Source: Eledone cirrhosa (lineage: Eukaryota). From it: a DNA stretch of 64,000 nucleotides. The position numbers were made by a program, and so were the translations under genes. Below are positions 1 to 12,671 of this stretch, in pieces. Within the stretch, counting starts at the first letter, position 1. Every line of letters starts with the position of its first letter. The stretch is taken from the NCBI GenBank assembly GCA_964016885.1, contig OZ024742.1:292392001-292456000 (forward strand). The letters run 5' to 3'. The notes beneath the pieces are model-generated. The model worked only from the letters and a program-made list of their open reading frames with translations. It ran no database searches and was not told where the DNA came from.

Positions 1-139
1 TTATTACTCTGGGGTACTATTCCCTATCGAGTGCTAAAGCTACATACCGAAATTGCATTCGTTAGCTTGGCCGCAAACTAAAGCTTCGTTAATGCTGTAC
101 TAAAATTTGTATTTATATATATATATATATATACACATA

Positions 140-242
140 CAGGGTGTTCCCCAGAAAATTGTATACACACTTCAACAGCATTCTAATAAATATTGCCTGT
201 ACAGGTAGTCAAAGGGTGTATACATTTTGGGGGGACACCCTG
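140..242. mobile_element. Tc1/mariner-type MITE
   Basis: Imperfect ~30-bp TIRs (CAGGGTGTTCCCCAGAAAATTGTATACAC / GTGTATACATTTTGGGGGGACACCCTG) with TA on both sides. Confidence 0.8.
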
Positions 243-907
243 TATGTATGTGTCTGAGTGTGTGTATGTATTATGTGTGTGTCTGTGTCTTTGTATGTAT
301 ATATGTGTGTAGTATCATCTTGGTTTTTGTAGAACAAAATATTTTTAGAAGTAATTTTTTTCCAAACATTATATATATACCTTTTATTTGAAATATTTTA
401 ACCTAATCCTATTTAAATAAAACTAAAACAAATCCTATTTAAATAAAACTAAAACAAAAAAAAATCAATAATACTAAAATGAAAGATTGATTATATAGGT
501 TAGATACAGCTAAAAAGATAGGTGAGACAGATTGAAAATAAAATAGAATTAAACAACAAAAACAAAAAAAAAAGCCAAACAAATATCTCTTGAATTTAAA
601 AGTCTACTGAATATTTCGAGCACTGTTCATCATTTGCAGATGTCAAATGATGGTGCTTTTTATAGTTGTTGTTGTTATTATTGTTAGTGATTTTTTTTTA
701 ATAGCTGCAGGGAGGGCAAGGCAGGGGGTCTGTATGGAGAATAGAGAAAACATCATAAGCATAGAGGTTACAATACATGTGGGGCTGGACAAATAGAGTT
801 ATATAAAACAAAGGGTAGGGGGCAACAATGTTATATAAAAGACAGATATCATCATCATCCTCAACATCATCATTATTATTACTATTATTATTATTATCAT
901 TATATGA

Positions 908-1340
908 AGTACCGGTAATGCACTGGGATTGATTTATTCAACTTTCCCCTTCCCTTTAAATTTCTGACCTTGTGCCAAAAAGTAGAAACAATTATTATTA
1001 TTATTATCTCGCCGAGGTGGATTGGCAGTATCGGTAGAGGGTCGGGACACCATGCTTTCCAGCATAGAGTTACGTCCCTTTACGATCTGTGTTTAAATCC
1101 CGCCGAGGTTGACTTTGCCTTTCATCCTTACGGAGTCGATAAAATAAAGTACCAGTAATGCACTGGGTAATTGCTGGCCTTGTGCCTAAAGTAGAAACAA
1201 TTATTATCTCGCTGAGGTTAGCTTTGCCCTTCATTCTTGTGGGGTCAATAAAATAAAGTACCAGTAATGCACTGGGGTCGATTTTATCAACTTTCTCCTC
1301 CCCAAAAATTGTTGGCCTTGTGCCTGAATCAGAAACCATT
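908..1340 (+). mobile_element. Cluster of three tRNA-derived SINE copies (one near full length at ~1016-1200, two 5'-truncated)
   Basis: A-box-like TGGCAGTATCGG, degenerate B-box GTGTTTAAATCC, shared body and (ATT)n tail. TTATTATCTCGC(C/T)GAGG duplicated at 1001-1017 and 1201-1217 (TSD). Confidence 0.8.
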
Positions 1341-1341
1341 C

Positions 1342-2130
1342 ATCATCATCATTATCATCATCATCGTTTAACGTCTATCTTCCACACTAGCATGGGTTAG
1401 ATGGGAATTGACCCATTTGAGGTAAGATTGGTCGTGTCTTGCTCGTATAGGACTATCTGGCAGGTTTTCTATGGTTGGATGCCCTTCCTAACACCAACCA
1501 TATTTACAGTGTGGACTGAGAGCTGTTTACCATGTTACCTACACAACCACATTACAACGTTGACTGTGTTGTTGTTTTTTGGGGTTTTTTTTTGTCGTGA
1601 CACCTACACGACTTCATTAATTTGGACTGAATGTTGTGGTACCAACATAACTTTATAGAGAAAGGGTGGTGTTGGCGAGAGTGGAAGGGTGGTGTAGGGG
1701 TAGTGGGTTTGGATGTATGTTTGGTTTGGACGGGCCTACTGACAGTAGGTTAACTTCACACGTAAGGAATGCGGGTCTTCTGTATTACTGTATGGCGCTA
1801 AAGATCTCAATCCAGTGACATTGTCTTAGAGAGGTGCAAGTGTGCAAGGTTGGAATTTATCAAGTCGTACCAGGTTTTTCTGGGTCTACCTACTCCGTAG
1901 CTTCCATCAATTTTGATCGCCCTGCAATTTTTTATACAGCTGTCGTCTTTCATGCGCATCACGTGACCATACCAACGTAATCTTCTCTCGAGTAAACAGC
2001 ATCTGATCCCTCTTATTCCTAATTTCTCACTTAGTTCGTTTATGTTTAGCCATTCGTGTATATTACTATTACACATCCATCAGAGCATGCATGCTTCGTT
2101 CCTTTTCAGTCTGTGCAGGTCCTCTGCACA
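1342..2130 (-). mobile_element. RTE-clade LINE 3' fragment (RT C-terminus, 3' UTR, (GAT)n tail)
   Basis: ORF 1807..2076 has ERRLRWYGHVMRM...GRPRKTW, the typical RTE C-terminus. UTR resembles 62560-62842. Confidence 0.8.
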
Positions 2131-2139
2131 TTATTATTA

Positions 2140-2672
2140 TTGTTGTTGTGCTATTTCATTTAGCTCAGTTCTGTTTCTCTATTGCCAGGTTCAGACCTTG
2201 AACCTAGGGCAATAGATATTTTCATTGTAAAGAAAGAATTCATCTGAGAATGTGTGCTGTTCCTAATAGCCCGATCTTCTGTAGCTCATATTTGCTGATC
2301 TTGCATGGAAGGACGCTAAAGTGCAGGTCTGAGGATTTGGGTATTAATCCTAATGCTCCTATTACCACAGGGATAGTGTTTGTGGTCATCCTCCACATGC
2401 AGTTGATCTCTATTTCAAGCTCTTTGTATTTTAACAGTTGTTCTATTGTTTTTATAGATGTATTCTTGTCAGCTGGTCCAGAAATATCTATAAGACTACA
2501 TGTCTGATCTGTTTTGTTTTTTATGATGTTGAGAGCGATTTCTCGGTTGGTTATCACAGGGATATCCCACAAGATGGATATGTTGCCCTTTTCCATAACT
2601 GATTTTGGTTGATGTTCATACCATTTGTTAGAAGTTTGAATGTCATGAGAGCAGCAGAGCATTCAGTGCACA
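2140..2672 (-). mobile_element. R4/Dong-type RLE LINE 3' fragment
   Basis: ORF 2240..2662 (WYEHQP..ILWD..IPVVIGALGLI..LGTAHILR) is homologous to 43514..43948. (TTA)n on both sides. Confidence 0.8.
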
Positions 2673-2693
2673 AATTATTATTATTATTATTAT

Positions 2694-2890
2694 GGTGGAT
2701 TGGCAGTATCGGTAGAGGTCGGATGCCATGCTTTGACATATAAAGTTACGGCCCTTGCCATTCTGAGTTCAAATCCCGCCGAGGTTAACTTTGCCTTTCA
2801 TCCTTACGGGGTCGATAAAATAAAGTACCAGTAATGCACTGGGTAATTGCTGGCCAAGTGTAGAAACAATTATTATTATTATTATTATTA
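2694..2890 (+). mobile_element. tRNA-derived SINE
   Basis: A box TGGCAGTATCGG, B box GAGTTCAAATCC, (ATT)n tail. Confidence 0.85.
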
Positions 2891-3199
2891 GAATTGGTGG
2901 ACAAGCTAATCACCATATTATGGAGAATAGTTTTATGAAGTTTCAATATTTGATATCTAAGATGTTTTGAAGTGTTGTTTAGAATATAGTTTTTGTTTCA
3001 CAACTCCATTACATTATGATTTTTTACCATTTCATCTGTTTTATAAAGTTTCAACAAGTTTCTCGAATCTTTGTTTACTTCCTTTTAACAGACAACAATA
3101 GCACCATCTTCTGAATGTAACAGGTTTTTATTTGACATACAAATCGAATAACTTGGAAACCATTTAACATCATATAAGTAGATCCATTTATGCAAAGTT

Positions 3200-4240
3200 A
3201 TTAGAGCTTTGTAGAGTGAACTTATGACCAAAGATGCAAGGTATTCAGGATCGTGAGGCAGTATGTCAGTGAAAATCATGATATGGTTGGAGAGAACTGT
3301 GTCCGAGGTGATAATGACACACTTGCCTCTACCAACACTGAAAAAAAGTAGCATAAAAGTGTCAGGATGAGAGACTGCTGAATGAGGAGAAAGTATGGGA
3401 GAAATATAGTCTGCCAAAAGTGAACCCAGAAGGATCAGCTATACAAGTCAGCAGCAACATAGTAAATCAGCCAATTAAGGATATGAAGACAGACAAAGCA
3501 GCCGGGCCATCAGAGATAGTTGCTGAGATGCTGAAATCATTTGGGATGGTATGACACACTTTAACCACCTGAATGTAAACCCAGTAATATAGAATGGTAA
3601 CATATCCAATGATTGGTGCAGCAGCAACAACTGCTACAAAGACAAGGGAGATGTACTAAACAGGGGACCAGATCATGAAGGTCACAGAAAGTGCTATAGT
3701 ACAGTTGATTAGGGACCAAGTTAACCTAGATAAGTTGAAATTTGAATTTGTCCCAGATAAAAGTACCACAGATGTCCTCTTCCTTGTGAGGCAATTGCAG
3801 GAAAAGTACCTAGTTAAAAGTAAGCCCCTCAACTTGCATTTATTGACCTGGAGAAAGTATGTAACAGAGTCCCCCATTCCATAACCTGGTTGGCTCTTAG
3901 GAAACTAGGGGTAATGAATGGCTTGTGAGAGTGGTACAGAGGAACGGTCAGCAATGTTAGAATTAACAGTATTTGTAGTGACGAGTTTAGCATGCAAGTA
4001 AGAGTCCACTAGGACTCTGTTCATAGCCCTCTCCTTTTTATTATCGTTATGCAGGCTATAACTGAAGAATTTAAAATTGGCTGCTCTTAGGAACTCCTAT
4101 ATGCCAATGATCTTGTCCATGTAGTTGAATCTATGGCAGAATTATAGAAGAAATTCCAGATCTGGAAGCATAGAACAAAATCAAAAAGTCTTAAAGTCAA
4201 CTTGCAAAGATTAATATTCTTGAAAATAGAAAGGATAACA
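3200..4240 (+). mobile_element. Degenerate RTE-clade RT fragment
   Basis: Frameshifted RT motifs KAAGPS, STTDVLFLVRQLQEKY, LLYANDL, LKVN. Confidence 0.75.
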
Positions 4241-4651
4241 GGGTACAAAAGCATCCAGTCCACCTTTTAGATGGTCCTTTTGGTGCTACAATAAAAAGTG
4301 CCTAGTCAACACTGTAACGTCCATAGAAACCAAGCCAGCAACAGTTCTATATGAGCACATATGGTCACAAGATCTAACATGTCTCATAACATGACAACCT
4401 GTCTAACTCATGCAAGCATGGAAAGTAGACTTTAAATGATGATGAAGATAATGTTGAATATGATGATGATGAGGAGGATGAGGAGATGGGGGAAGAGGTG
4501 AAGAAGGAGGAAATGGGGTGGGTGGAGGAGGAAATAAAAGCTTGTGCGAAAAAATAACCTTAATACATAAAATTCAAAAGATAATTAAAAACACAAATAC
4601 AAAAAAATTCACATTATTTTCAACAAATATATATACAATAAATATGCATTA

Positions 4652-4658
<7 letters not shown>

Positions 4659-4729
<71 letters not shown>

Positions 4730-4737
4730 GTGTGTGC
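4659..4737. repeat. (TG)n microsatellite
   Basis: Seen directly. Confidence 0.95.
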
Positions 4738-5595
4738 ATATGTCTTTGTATACACATGTTTACGTTTACATGGCTGTGTGTATGCGTGTATGTTACTGTC
4801 TATGCATGATTATAAATTTATGTGTGTACGTATGTGTCAATGTTTCAGTATGGTTCTAAGTTTTTATATTTATAGGAAGAGTTGTTTCAATGGAAAAAAA
4901 TGTCTGCTCTGTATAAATTAATTCTCGTAATCCTGTGTTTAAAGATAACAGAGAACTGGCAGTATGTTCCTGTAGTAAAAATGACATTATTTTTTCGATT
5001 GTATCAACATAATCGTTATCTATACAGATGAAAATTTATCACTGCAAAATTTACATTATTATGAACATTATAAAGAAACAATATATATAAGTGTTTAAAT
5101 GAATTGATAATACAACCATATAAAGCCAAAGCATAATTCAAAGCTCAAATATGATTTTATAGTCCACAGGAAGATAGGTAAGAGACAGTTCAGAGTTTAA
5201 TCCAATCAGTCAATTTCCAATCACAGTATTTTTACAATATGGCAGGGCATATCACCATCATATAATAATGATTAACAAGGGTTTAAATTAAATCATTTGA
5301 TTGATTTACAATCGTTTCGTTAGACTAACTGGAATATTCCATTCCAGCTAGAATAAGCTCATCAGAATCGATTAAAAACAAATAATATTTAGTTTCTATG
5401 CCCATAAATTATAGTGGAAGAGTCAAAAAGTATAAACAATAGCATTCAAATAAAGAGAAAACATTAAAAGTGTCTGGAAGCCTAAAGACGTAATTGAAAT
5501 TTATAAGTGATAAAAAGTAAAATATAACATTCAGTAAATAAAGTAAAATACGAACTATCATGCACCGATACACATATACTACTCACTAAATTAGA

Positions 5596-5841
5596 TATGT
5601 TGTACCCTCATATGCTATTTGTACCCTGGTTTCCTATCTGTTGTACCTTGGTGTATTATCTGTGGTATCCTGCTGTATTATCTGTGCTTCCTTGTACTTT
5701 CTGTGGTACTATGGTTTACTATCTGTTATATTCCGATGTACTCTCTGTGGTATCCTGTTCTATTATTTGTGCTACTCTATACTATCTCTTGTACCCTCAT
5801 GTGTTATTTGTGGTATGTTGGTTTACTATCTGCTGTATTAG
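5596..5841. repeat. Degenerate 22-bp minisatellite with periodic 19-bp units
   Basis: About 12 units resembling TATCTGTGGTATCCTGCTGTAT. Confidence 0.75.
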
Positions 5842-6353
5842 ACTGTCCCTAATCACTATTGTTCTCCACTGACATAAACCAACATTAATACCAGTTATAT
5901 AAACTGACAATTATTTACATGATAATCCAACATCTTATTATCAACTCTGTCAAATGTAATTCTCCTGCTTTTGCTACACAACTTTTATTTCTATTATGCA
6001 ATATATATTCTACTATTTCTCTCAATATCCTCAGGCCATTCCATACTATAGTCAATACCTTTGTTGAAGATTTATACAGAAAGCTATAAGCTATTGATAT
6101 ATATTTTACATTTGCTATTCCTCAAGAGGAGATAACTTCTAATCTTATTTTTCCTTAGTTCTGTACAAATTCCAATGAAATAAGGTAAACAAATGTCTTA
6201 GTATACAATATTAGAATACAACAAATGGTTTAAAATAGAACCTGTTGATACAGCATGGCTACATTTTTAAGAAGTTTATTTTGCAACTAAAAGATTTCAT
6301 GTTCAATACCACAGCACAACATGTTGGGAAAGTGATATTTACTATAACTTCAG

Positions 6354-6840
6354 ATCAACCTAAGCCTTGTGAGTGAAATTGTGTAGATGGAAACTGTTTG
6401 GAAGCCTGTTGAATGGACTGTATCTGTAATTTACAGAGCCAGCCATGTCACTCACTATGTCACAGTGAATGTCTCTGAGAATTACATTATGGCTACACAT
6501 GTCCGGAGGATGGTCAGCCACTTGCATAATATTACAAGATGCATTGTATTTATAATTCAAAGAGCCAATCTTGTCATACATTGTATAATGCAGAATTATC
6601 CTGTAAATTATGTTGTCTACAGGTGTCTGAGGAATACTCAGCTACTTGCACTCTATTACAAAATGAACTGTGTCTGTAATTCAAAAGTTAGCATGACACA
6701 CTCTGTCATGTTAAATCTCCCTGAGAATGCTCAGTCACTTTTATGTTCATTTCAGATGCAATGCAAACTATTCCATTAATCAAACAACTGGGACACTCAT
6801 CATCAAAACTTCCATTCAATAAAACTCTATAACTTATCAG
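6354..6840 (+). pseudogene. Possible relic exon of a Cys-rich tandem-repeat protein (3 x ~126 bp)
   Basis: Repeat starts at ~6418, 6544 and 6668 translate as CICN.., CIYN.., CVCN... Upstream TTCAG acceptor-like site, downstream AATAAA, several in-frame stops. Confidence 0.4.
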
Positions 6841-7229
6841 TAAGGTAATCTTTTGCTAAAAAGTCTAAAAGTCTATGAAAGTTTAAAATAATCTATAAAT
6901 GGCAGAAAAATAGCAAAGGAATTAATTTCTTTTAGGTCTAAAAGGTCTAAAATATATTATAAAGTCAAAATAAAGTCTAAAACATTTTCAATATAAAATA
7001 TTGATTAAAATTTTATTTAAAATATTGATAATTGTCAAAACTTTGCTTTCAAAAAAAATATCTGAAGTCTTAGAGAAAAAAAACAAAAATAAATGCTCAG
7101 CCACTTTCATGTTCATTTCAGGTGCAAACTGTTCCATTAATCAATTGCAACACTCATCCTCAAAACTTTCATTCAATAAAACCCTATAATTTATCATTTT
7201 TTATGTTTACTATCAACAATTATTTGAGT

Positions 7230-7620
7230 AAATGGTCCCTGTTCCTCTGAGCTGGCCAGTCTCTTACTATCTCTACTCAGGCACTCCTTAATAACTGCTC
7301 TAATTCCACCTCTCGTCAGGCACTCCAGACTCACATGTTTCTTCTCTTCCTCTGTTGTGTCCACCCCCTATTACCTATGTTGTGTCCACTCCCCACCCTC
7401 CATCCAGCACCACACTAACCATTATGTCCATTCATTCTTGCCCAAAACGTTGATGCTCTGGAATTTCTCTCCTGTTCATGTCCTTTCAAAAGGAATGAAC
7501 CTGCAACAATTTAAGTGTAACATTATCAGCAGCAATCTCTCTGCTCTTTCCAGCAATTCTTTCCTGAGACATTCTAGCCACATGCCTGTAGTATCGAGTA
7601 TCTCTCAATTCAGAAAAGTA
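7230..7620 (+). mobile_element. CR1/L2-like LINE 3' fragment
   Basis: HYVHSFLPKTLMLWN...NLQQFKCNI resembles the SFFPRT..LWN.LP C-terminal motif. Confidence 0.6.
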
Positions 7621-7624
7621 GCAG

Positions 7625-7870
7625 TTCTACATTGAGAGACTCTCTAATCTCTGAGCTACACACTCTATCAAGTAACATTACTCCAAAGATCCTTTGGTGG
7701 AACCCCATTTCAGCCACTTGTATTCATGATCGTATTTTTTCAGTCATTACACTAGATTTATGACTTTAGATAATGGTTGGCGCGAATACTGAATTGAAGA
7801 TAGCAAGTTCGACTTTTACACCTACCTCCCTTCTTCTGATTACCAAATGCTGAAGCTATCCCCTTACCCA
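7625..7870 (-). mobile_element. Degenerate RTE fragment
   Basis: Minus-strand translation ELAIFNSVFAPTII..IQVAEMGF. Confidence 0.5.
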
Positions 7871-8874
7871 TCAAAAGAAATGAATTAGTCGTATTTCTCA
7901 ATCATCACATATTTCTTATTCTACTTTAATTATTTTAATATTTTAGAGTTGTATTTGTCTAGCAAGTGACTTGATCTGAGACAGTGTTATGAAACTGAAG
8001 CAATTACATCATGGAAGAACAAACTTTACTTTATATCTATCATTTATTTCCTTCTGACAGACTTTTTGTCACACTCTATGTAAGCTGGTCAAATGGGAAT
8101 TGTGTAGGTGACCAGGTCACAAACAGTATGACAAAAATTCTGACACCATGAAATAAATGATAAACAAAACTGAATTTAACAGCTTTCAAATTACTAAAAT
8201 GATTCTTCCACAATATAATTGCTATTTATTTATTTATTTATTTTTTTTTTTGCAAATAATAATTATATTATTTTGATATCTGTTATATATAAACATATTA
8301 TGGCAACTATATCCACTACAAGAGGAAGCCAACTCCAGCATCAGTGACAATAACAACACCAATGATGGAAATATTTTTTTAAAATGATAAAAACAAAATG
8401 AAGTAAGGGATAAACAAGGGGGAAAGGGTAAAGAAGGGTAGATTTGGCTGTATAGGAAAGTAGAGGAAAGGACTATAAATGCCATAAATGAGAAGAAAAG
8501 GAGGGAAAGAGCAATGACTATTAGGCATTTTAATATTCCAAACTTTAAATGTTTCCCCTCCACTCAAATATTATTTATCATGTGGTTGATGTCTCACGGT
8601 TATTAAAAGAAACTTGCCTGGCTGATTTTGTAGGTCACTGCAATGGTATTTAATTGGCAATTCTTCCACTACCATTAATCTTGTATATCAGAACAGTTTC
8701 AACCCACCAATAACACCACAATGAAACCACATTTTAGTTTTATCCAGTTATCACTATATATTGCCTGTCACTTCTGTAACTCAGCAGATTTTAATCTAAA
8801 ATATTCTTCTACGTTGTAAGCAGATTATATGCATTATGTATACCATAGAAAACTTCTTCATTTATAACTAATAC

Positions 8875-9110
8875 TATTTCCTGGGTCATGTGAGGAGGCA
8901 GGAAGAAAGTGACTGGGTGATAGGAGGGCTGGAAATAAATGTGGAAGTAGAGGAAGAGGAAGACCAAGAAAGATATGGCTAAAGATTTTGGAAGAGAAAA
9001 TGAAGGCTAGAGGATTGCTGAAGCATGCAGACGACAGGGGAAAATGGAAAAGTTTGCCATGGGGTCTGGAAAGCTAACTCCAGCTTTAACAGGGAAAGTA
9101 GCCTTAAACC
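8875..9110 (+). mobile_element. RTE 3' end fragment
   Basis: LGHVRR...GSRGRGRPRKIW motif. Confidence 0.6.
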
Positions 9111-10809
9111 TTTCATGTTAATATTCTTAATGAAATACTCTCTATTTCGATTGATTAATGAAGAATTTTGAGAGGGTTAATAGAAATTTTAATTGTTCTT
9201 TACTAAGATAGTAACTTGACATAGGGTTCTCATATAAGAATATGTAAGAAAATTTTAATTTAAATAAGAACCCATTAAAAGGGGTGGTTTTGTTTCATAG
9301 AACCATAACTGGTTTTGAGTGGGTTGATATCAAAAGGGTTAAAACACTTGTTGTTGTGTTATAGTTGAGTTGTGTTGTTATTGCTATTACCATACATGAA
9401 AATCACTGAATATATGAAATAGCATATATATGCAGCAACAGCACATTTATTAATAATTATTTTCAGAGCCAATAAACAGCTCAATGGTCATTAAAATTTA
9501 ATGATCTGTCGGTTGAAAATATAGTGTGAATGTTTTGGTATCGTTCTATTATCGCAATTGGTTATCAGCCAGTTATGTTGGAAACAACCCAATAATAATT
9601 TTCTTTGATTTCCAAATAATTTGCTTCTTACCATTTTTCAACAGCCCAAAGTCAATCACTGGTCTGGAGTCAGCCGTTGAAAAGATTTTTATATATACTT
9701 TATATGACAACCTCTTCAGGACTAGTACCACAATAAAACGCACCCTGTAAAACGAAAGGCGATTGAATGGAAGCAAAAATATGAAATTTGCTTTGGGGAG
9801 AAATATAAGGTGGTTGGTGTGAGGAAAGTCATCTAGCTGTAAAAACCATTCCAAAAATTGGTTGAGAAGATACTTCAGTTGTGTCAAGGGTACAACAAGC
9901 TCTCCAATATTGGTGACACCATAAAAGTTACCTAGTAAAATCTCTAAAGTAACAGGTGATAGGAAGGGCATCTAGTAATAAAAATCTTGCCAAACAAAGT
10001 GTTGAGAGAACTCATCAGTCATGTCAAAGATGTAACAGTCTTACTAATGCTAGTTCCTCAAGGAAAAGCAGTCAGTGCACTTTGTGAAATGTTGGAATGT
10101 ATGTAAGCAAGATGTGGTCCCTGGCCTGTATGAGAGGTCAGTGGCTCCAGTTAAGTACTGACCTCTCATACAGCTCAACCCTTGTTAGCAAGGAAAGTAA
10201 ACATTAAATGATGATTAGGATGATGATGATGATGATATATAACTTTTATATACATCTGTTATTTCCACATTTTTTTAATATACAACATCTTTTACAATAG
10301 AATCTAAATCACGTGATAATCATTTTGTGATAGGTTTGTTTGGGAAGTGGTAATTTGAAAATGCATTTGTTGTGACATCTTCCTCCCTACCTAATTTTGT
10401 TGCAAACAGTCTTGACAAGACATATCCACCCTCTAGTCAGAATTATGGCTACAAATATCTATAGATATCTACTTATGTGTGTGTGTGTGTGTGTGTATAC
10501 ACAGAGAGACATGCAGTGGCCAACAGCTATGTCCCTATGTACATATGTACCTATCTTTGGACAATAAAACATCTATCTATCTATCCCTCTACGATGGACA
10601 CATGTGCTGAGCTCGCTCGGTAAGTTTTTGTTTAAATTCATACGGAAATTGTAAACTGTAAACTTTCATTTTTGTACCATTTTGTAGAGGGACTGCCAGG
10701 TCAAATTTTGATCTGGTCGGTCTCTCAAAATATTCTGTGCCTTTGGGCGAAATAGTATTGTGAACATTTTATCTTTCGAAAAACTTCGAAAAACCCTATT
10801 TTGAGAAAA

Positions 10810-10986
10810 ATGGCTGAAGCATCTTCACCATCAATCAAAGAAAGAAAAGGGAAGTCATACTCACAGCTTCCTCCTGCCACTGTCACAGCAGCAGATGCCA
10901 AAGGCAGAGGTCAGAGAGAGGAAGAATTGTCTTCACCTGTTGACCGACCACTAGATGTAGCCACAACTACACAAGAATTTGAAAAC

Positions 10987-11017
<31 letters not shown>

Positions 11018-12647
11018 GCAACAATAAAGACAACAAAAACAACAACAACACAAACGTCACAAGTATCCACACACGAAACGAGAAAGACAACAACAACAAC
11101 AAAGATGAAAACAACTCAAACGACGAGAAACAAAACAATACTAATATCCAAAACGAAAACAAAATATCTTTTGCACAAACGGCTAAATTATCAGTCGCTT
11201 ATGTGCTGGAAGATATTTCAAAAGCAAAAGAAATGCTGGAAAAAGCCAAGAAATATGTGTCTTTTGGCGAAAACGGTTCGTTTTCTATACATTCACCTCC
11301 GGAGCTAAAAAGACAGACGGAATTACGAACTGTCGTATTCCGAACAATTTTAAATAAAACAAAGAAACCAGCGCAACCATCTCAAGCGGAAATTCAGTTA
11401 GTCTTGAAAGACGCGATGAGAGACATCACTTTCATACAAAAGGATAAACTCTATGGGAGTTTATCCATATTGATGAAAGACGAATTGGCGGCAAAAAAAT
11501 ACTCTGTGTCGCCAATTCGGTCCACACACTACACCTTCTTCCCCACCTACATGGGTAAAAAAACCCAGAGGATATGGATAACCACCATCACCCCAAACAT
11601 AAACTACTGGTGGTTACTAACCGGTTTCCTCAATTTAGACGAGGACAACCTCATCTCAATAGGGAAGGCATCCGGCGACGCGTTCAGTGGAACGAGCCTC
11701 GAAGTTCTGACCCAAATAAGGCCAGAACGCATCGCCCAAATCCCTGAGCGCGTCATGCTGGATGACCGTACCCACCTCAACATTATTGTGGAGGGTAGGC
11801 GTCCCTCCTGTTACCTCTGTGGCAATAGAGGCCACCTGAGGGCTGCCTGTCCCCAGCTCACACAGAAAAAAACACTGCTACCAACACCAACACCACCCCA
11901 ACTACAACAACAACAACAAAAACCAACAACCCCACCACCACCACCACAACAACAACAACAACAAACACGTGAAAAAATAACACAGAATACTGTCCCACCC
12001 AATCCCTCCCCACCCAAAACAAATACAAAAACACGCACACCGCAAACACTACCAGAAAACATACCCCTCCCACCCAACAAGGAAGACGAACCTCTTTCGT
12101 CGCAAGACGAAAAGGATCCCTTCCAACAAGTAAAAAGAAAGAAGAGGAGACGCACCACAGACACACATGTTAACTTTAATCCCCCCCAAGAGAACACAAA
12201 CTACACACAAACCACCCCTCCCTGTCACACAACACTAACTGCTACACAAAAAAAGACCTTACAATACACATACATGAACACAGACAACAAAGAATTACGG
12301 AAAACAATTTCAGCAAACCCTTCGGTCCAAACTGAAGGGCCAAACTTTATAACTGCTGTGGGACTACCTCATTTGAAAATGATAAAAGTCCCAATGCACT
12401 TGTACAAAACACTGAAAATAAATTTCACGGAGGACGTGGGCCCCCCCCCTGCGCCAAACCAATCAACCGCGTCCTCCTAAAAAATTTCACCCCCCCACCC
12501 CACCCAGACACCCACTCAACGACAAACACCCCAACCCCACAACACACCGATGCCCCTTCACTTCCACAAACCACAACCCCACCCAACAACCCATCCCCAA
12601 CCAGCATGGAAATTGAGCGGCCCGTTTCCCGGGACGCAGAGAGGTAA
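10810..12647 (+). CDS. Tx1 ORF1 (zinc-knuckle nucleic-acid-binding protein) with one frameshift in the C run at ~12441-12449
   Basis: CYLCGNRGHLRAAC knuckle and basic KRKKRRR patch. After the C run the alternative frame reads CAKPINRVLLK...MEIERPVSRDAER*, matching copy 2 (CQKPINRVLLK...MEIEQPDLLETKR*). Confidence 0.8.
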
Positions 12648-12671
12648 GTGCCTTTTCTCTTTACCACCAAC

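Noticed and set aside
1016-1110. tRNA genes
   Set aside because: The A/B boxes belong to SINE heads with a body, tail and TSDs; no complete cloverleaf is seen.
5596-5841. CRISPR-like array
   Set aside because: Eukaryotic context, no invariant repeat with unique spacers, no cas genes.
6360-6520. Selenoprotein reading of three in-frame TGA codons in the Cys-rich relic
   Set aside because: An in-frame TAA and a frameshift also occur and no SECIS was recognised; decay is simpler.
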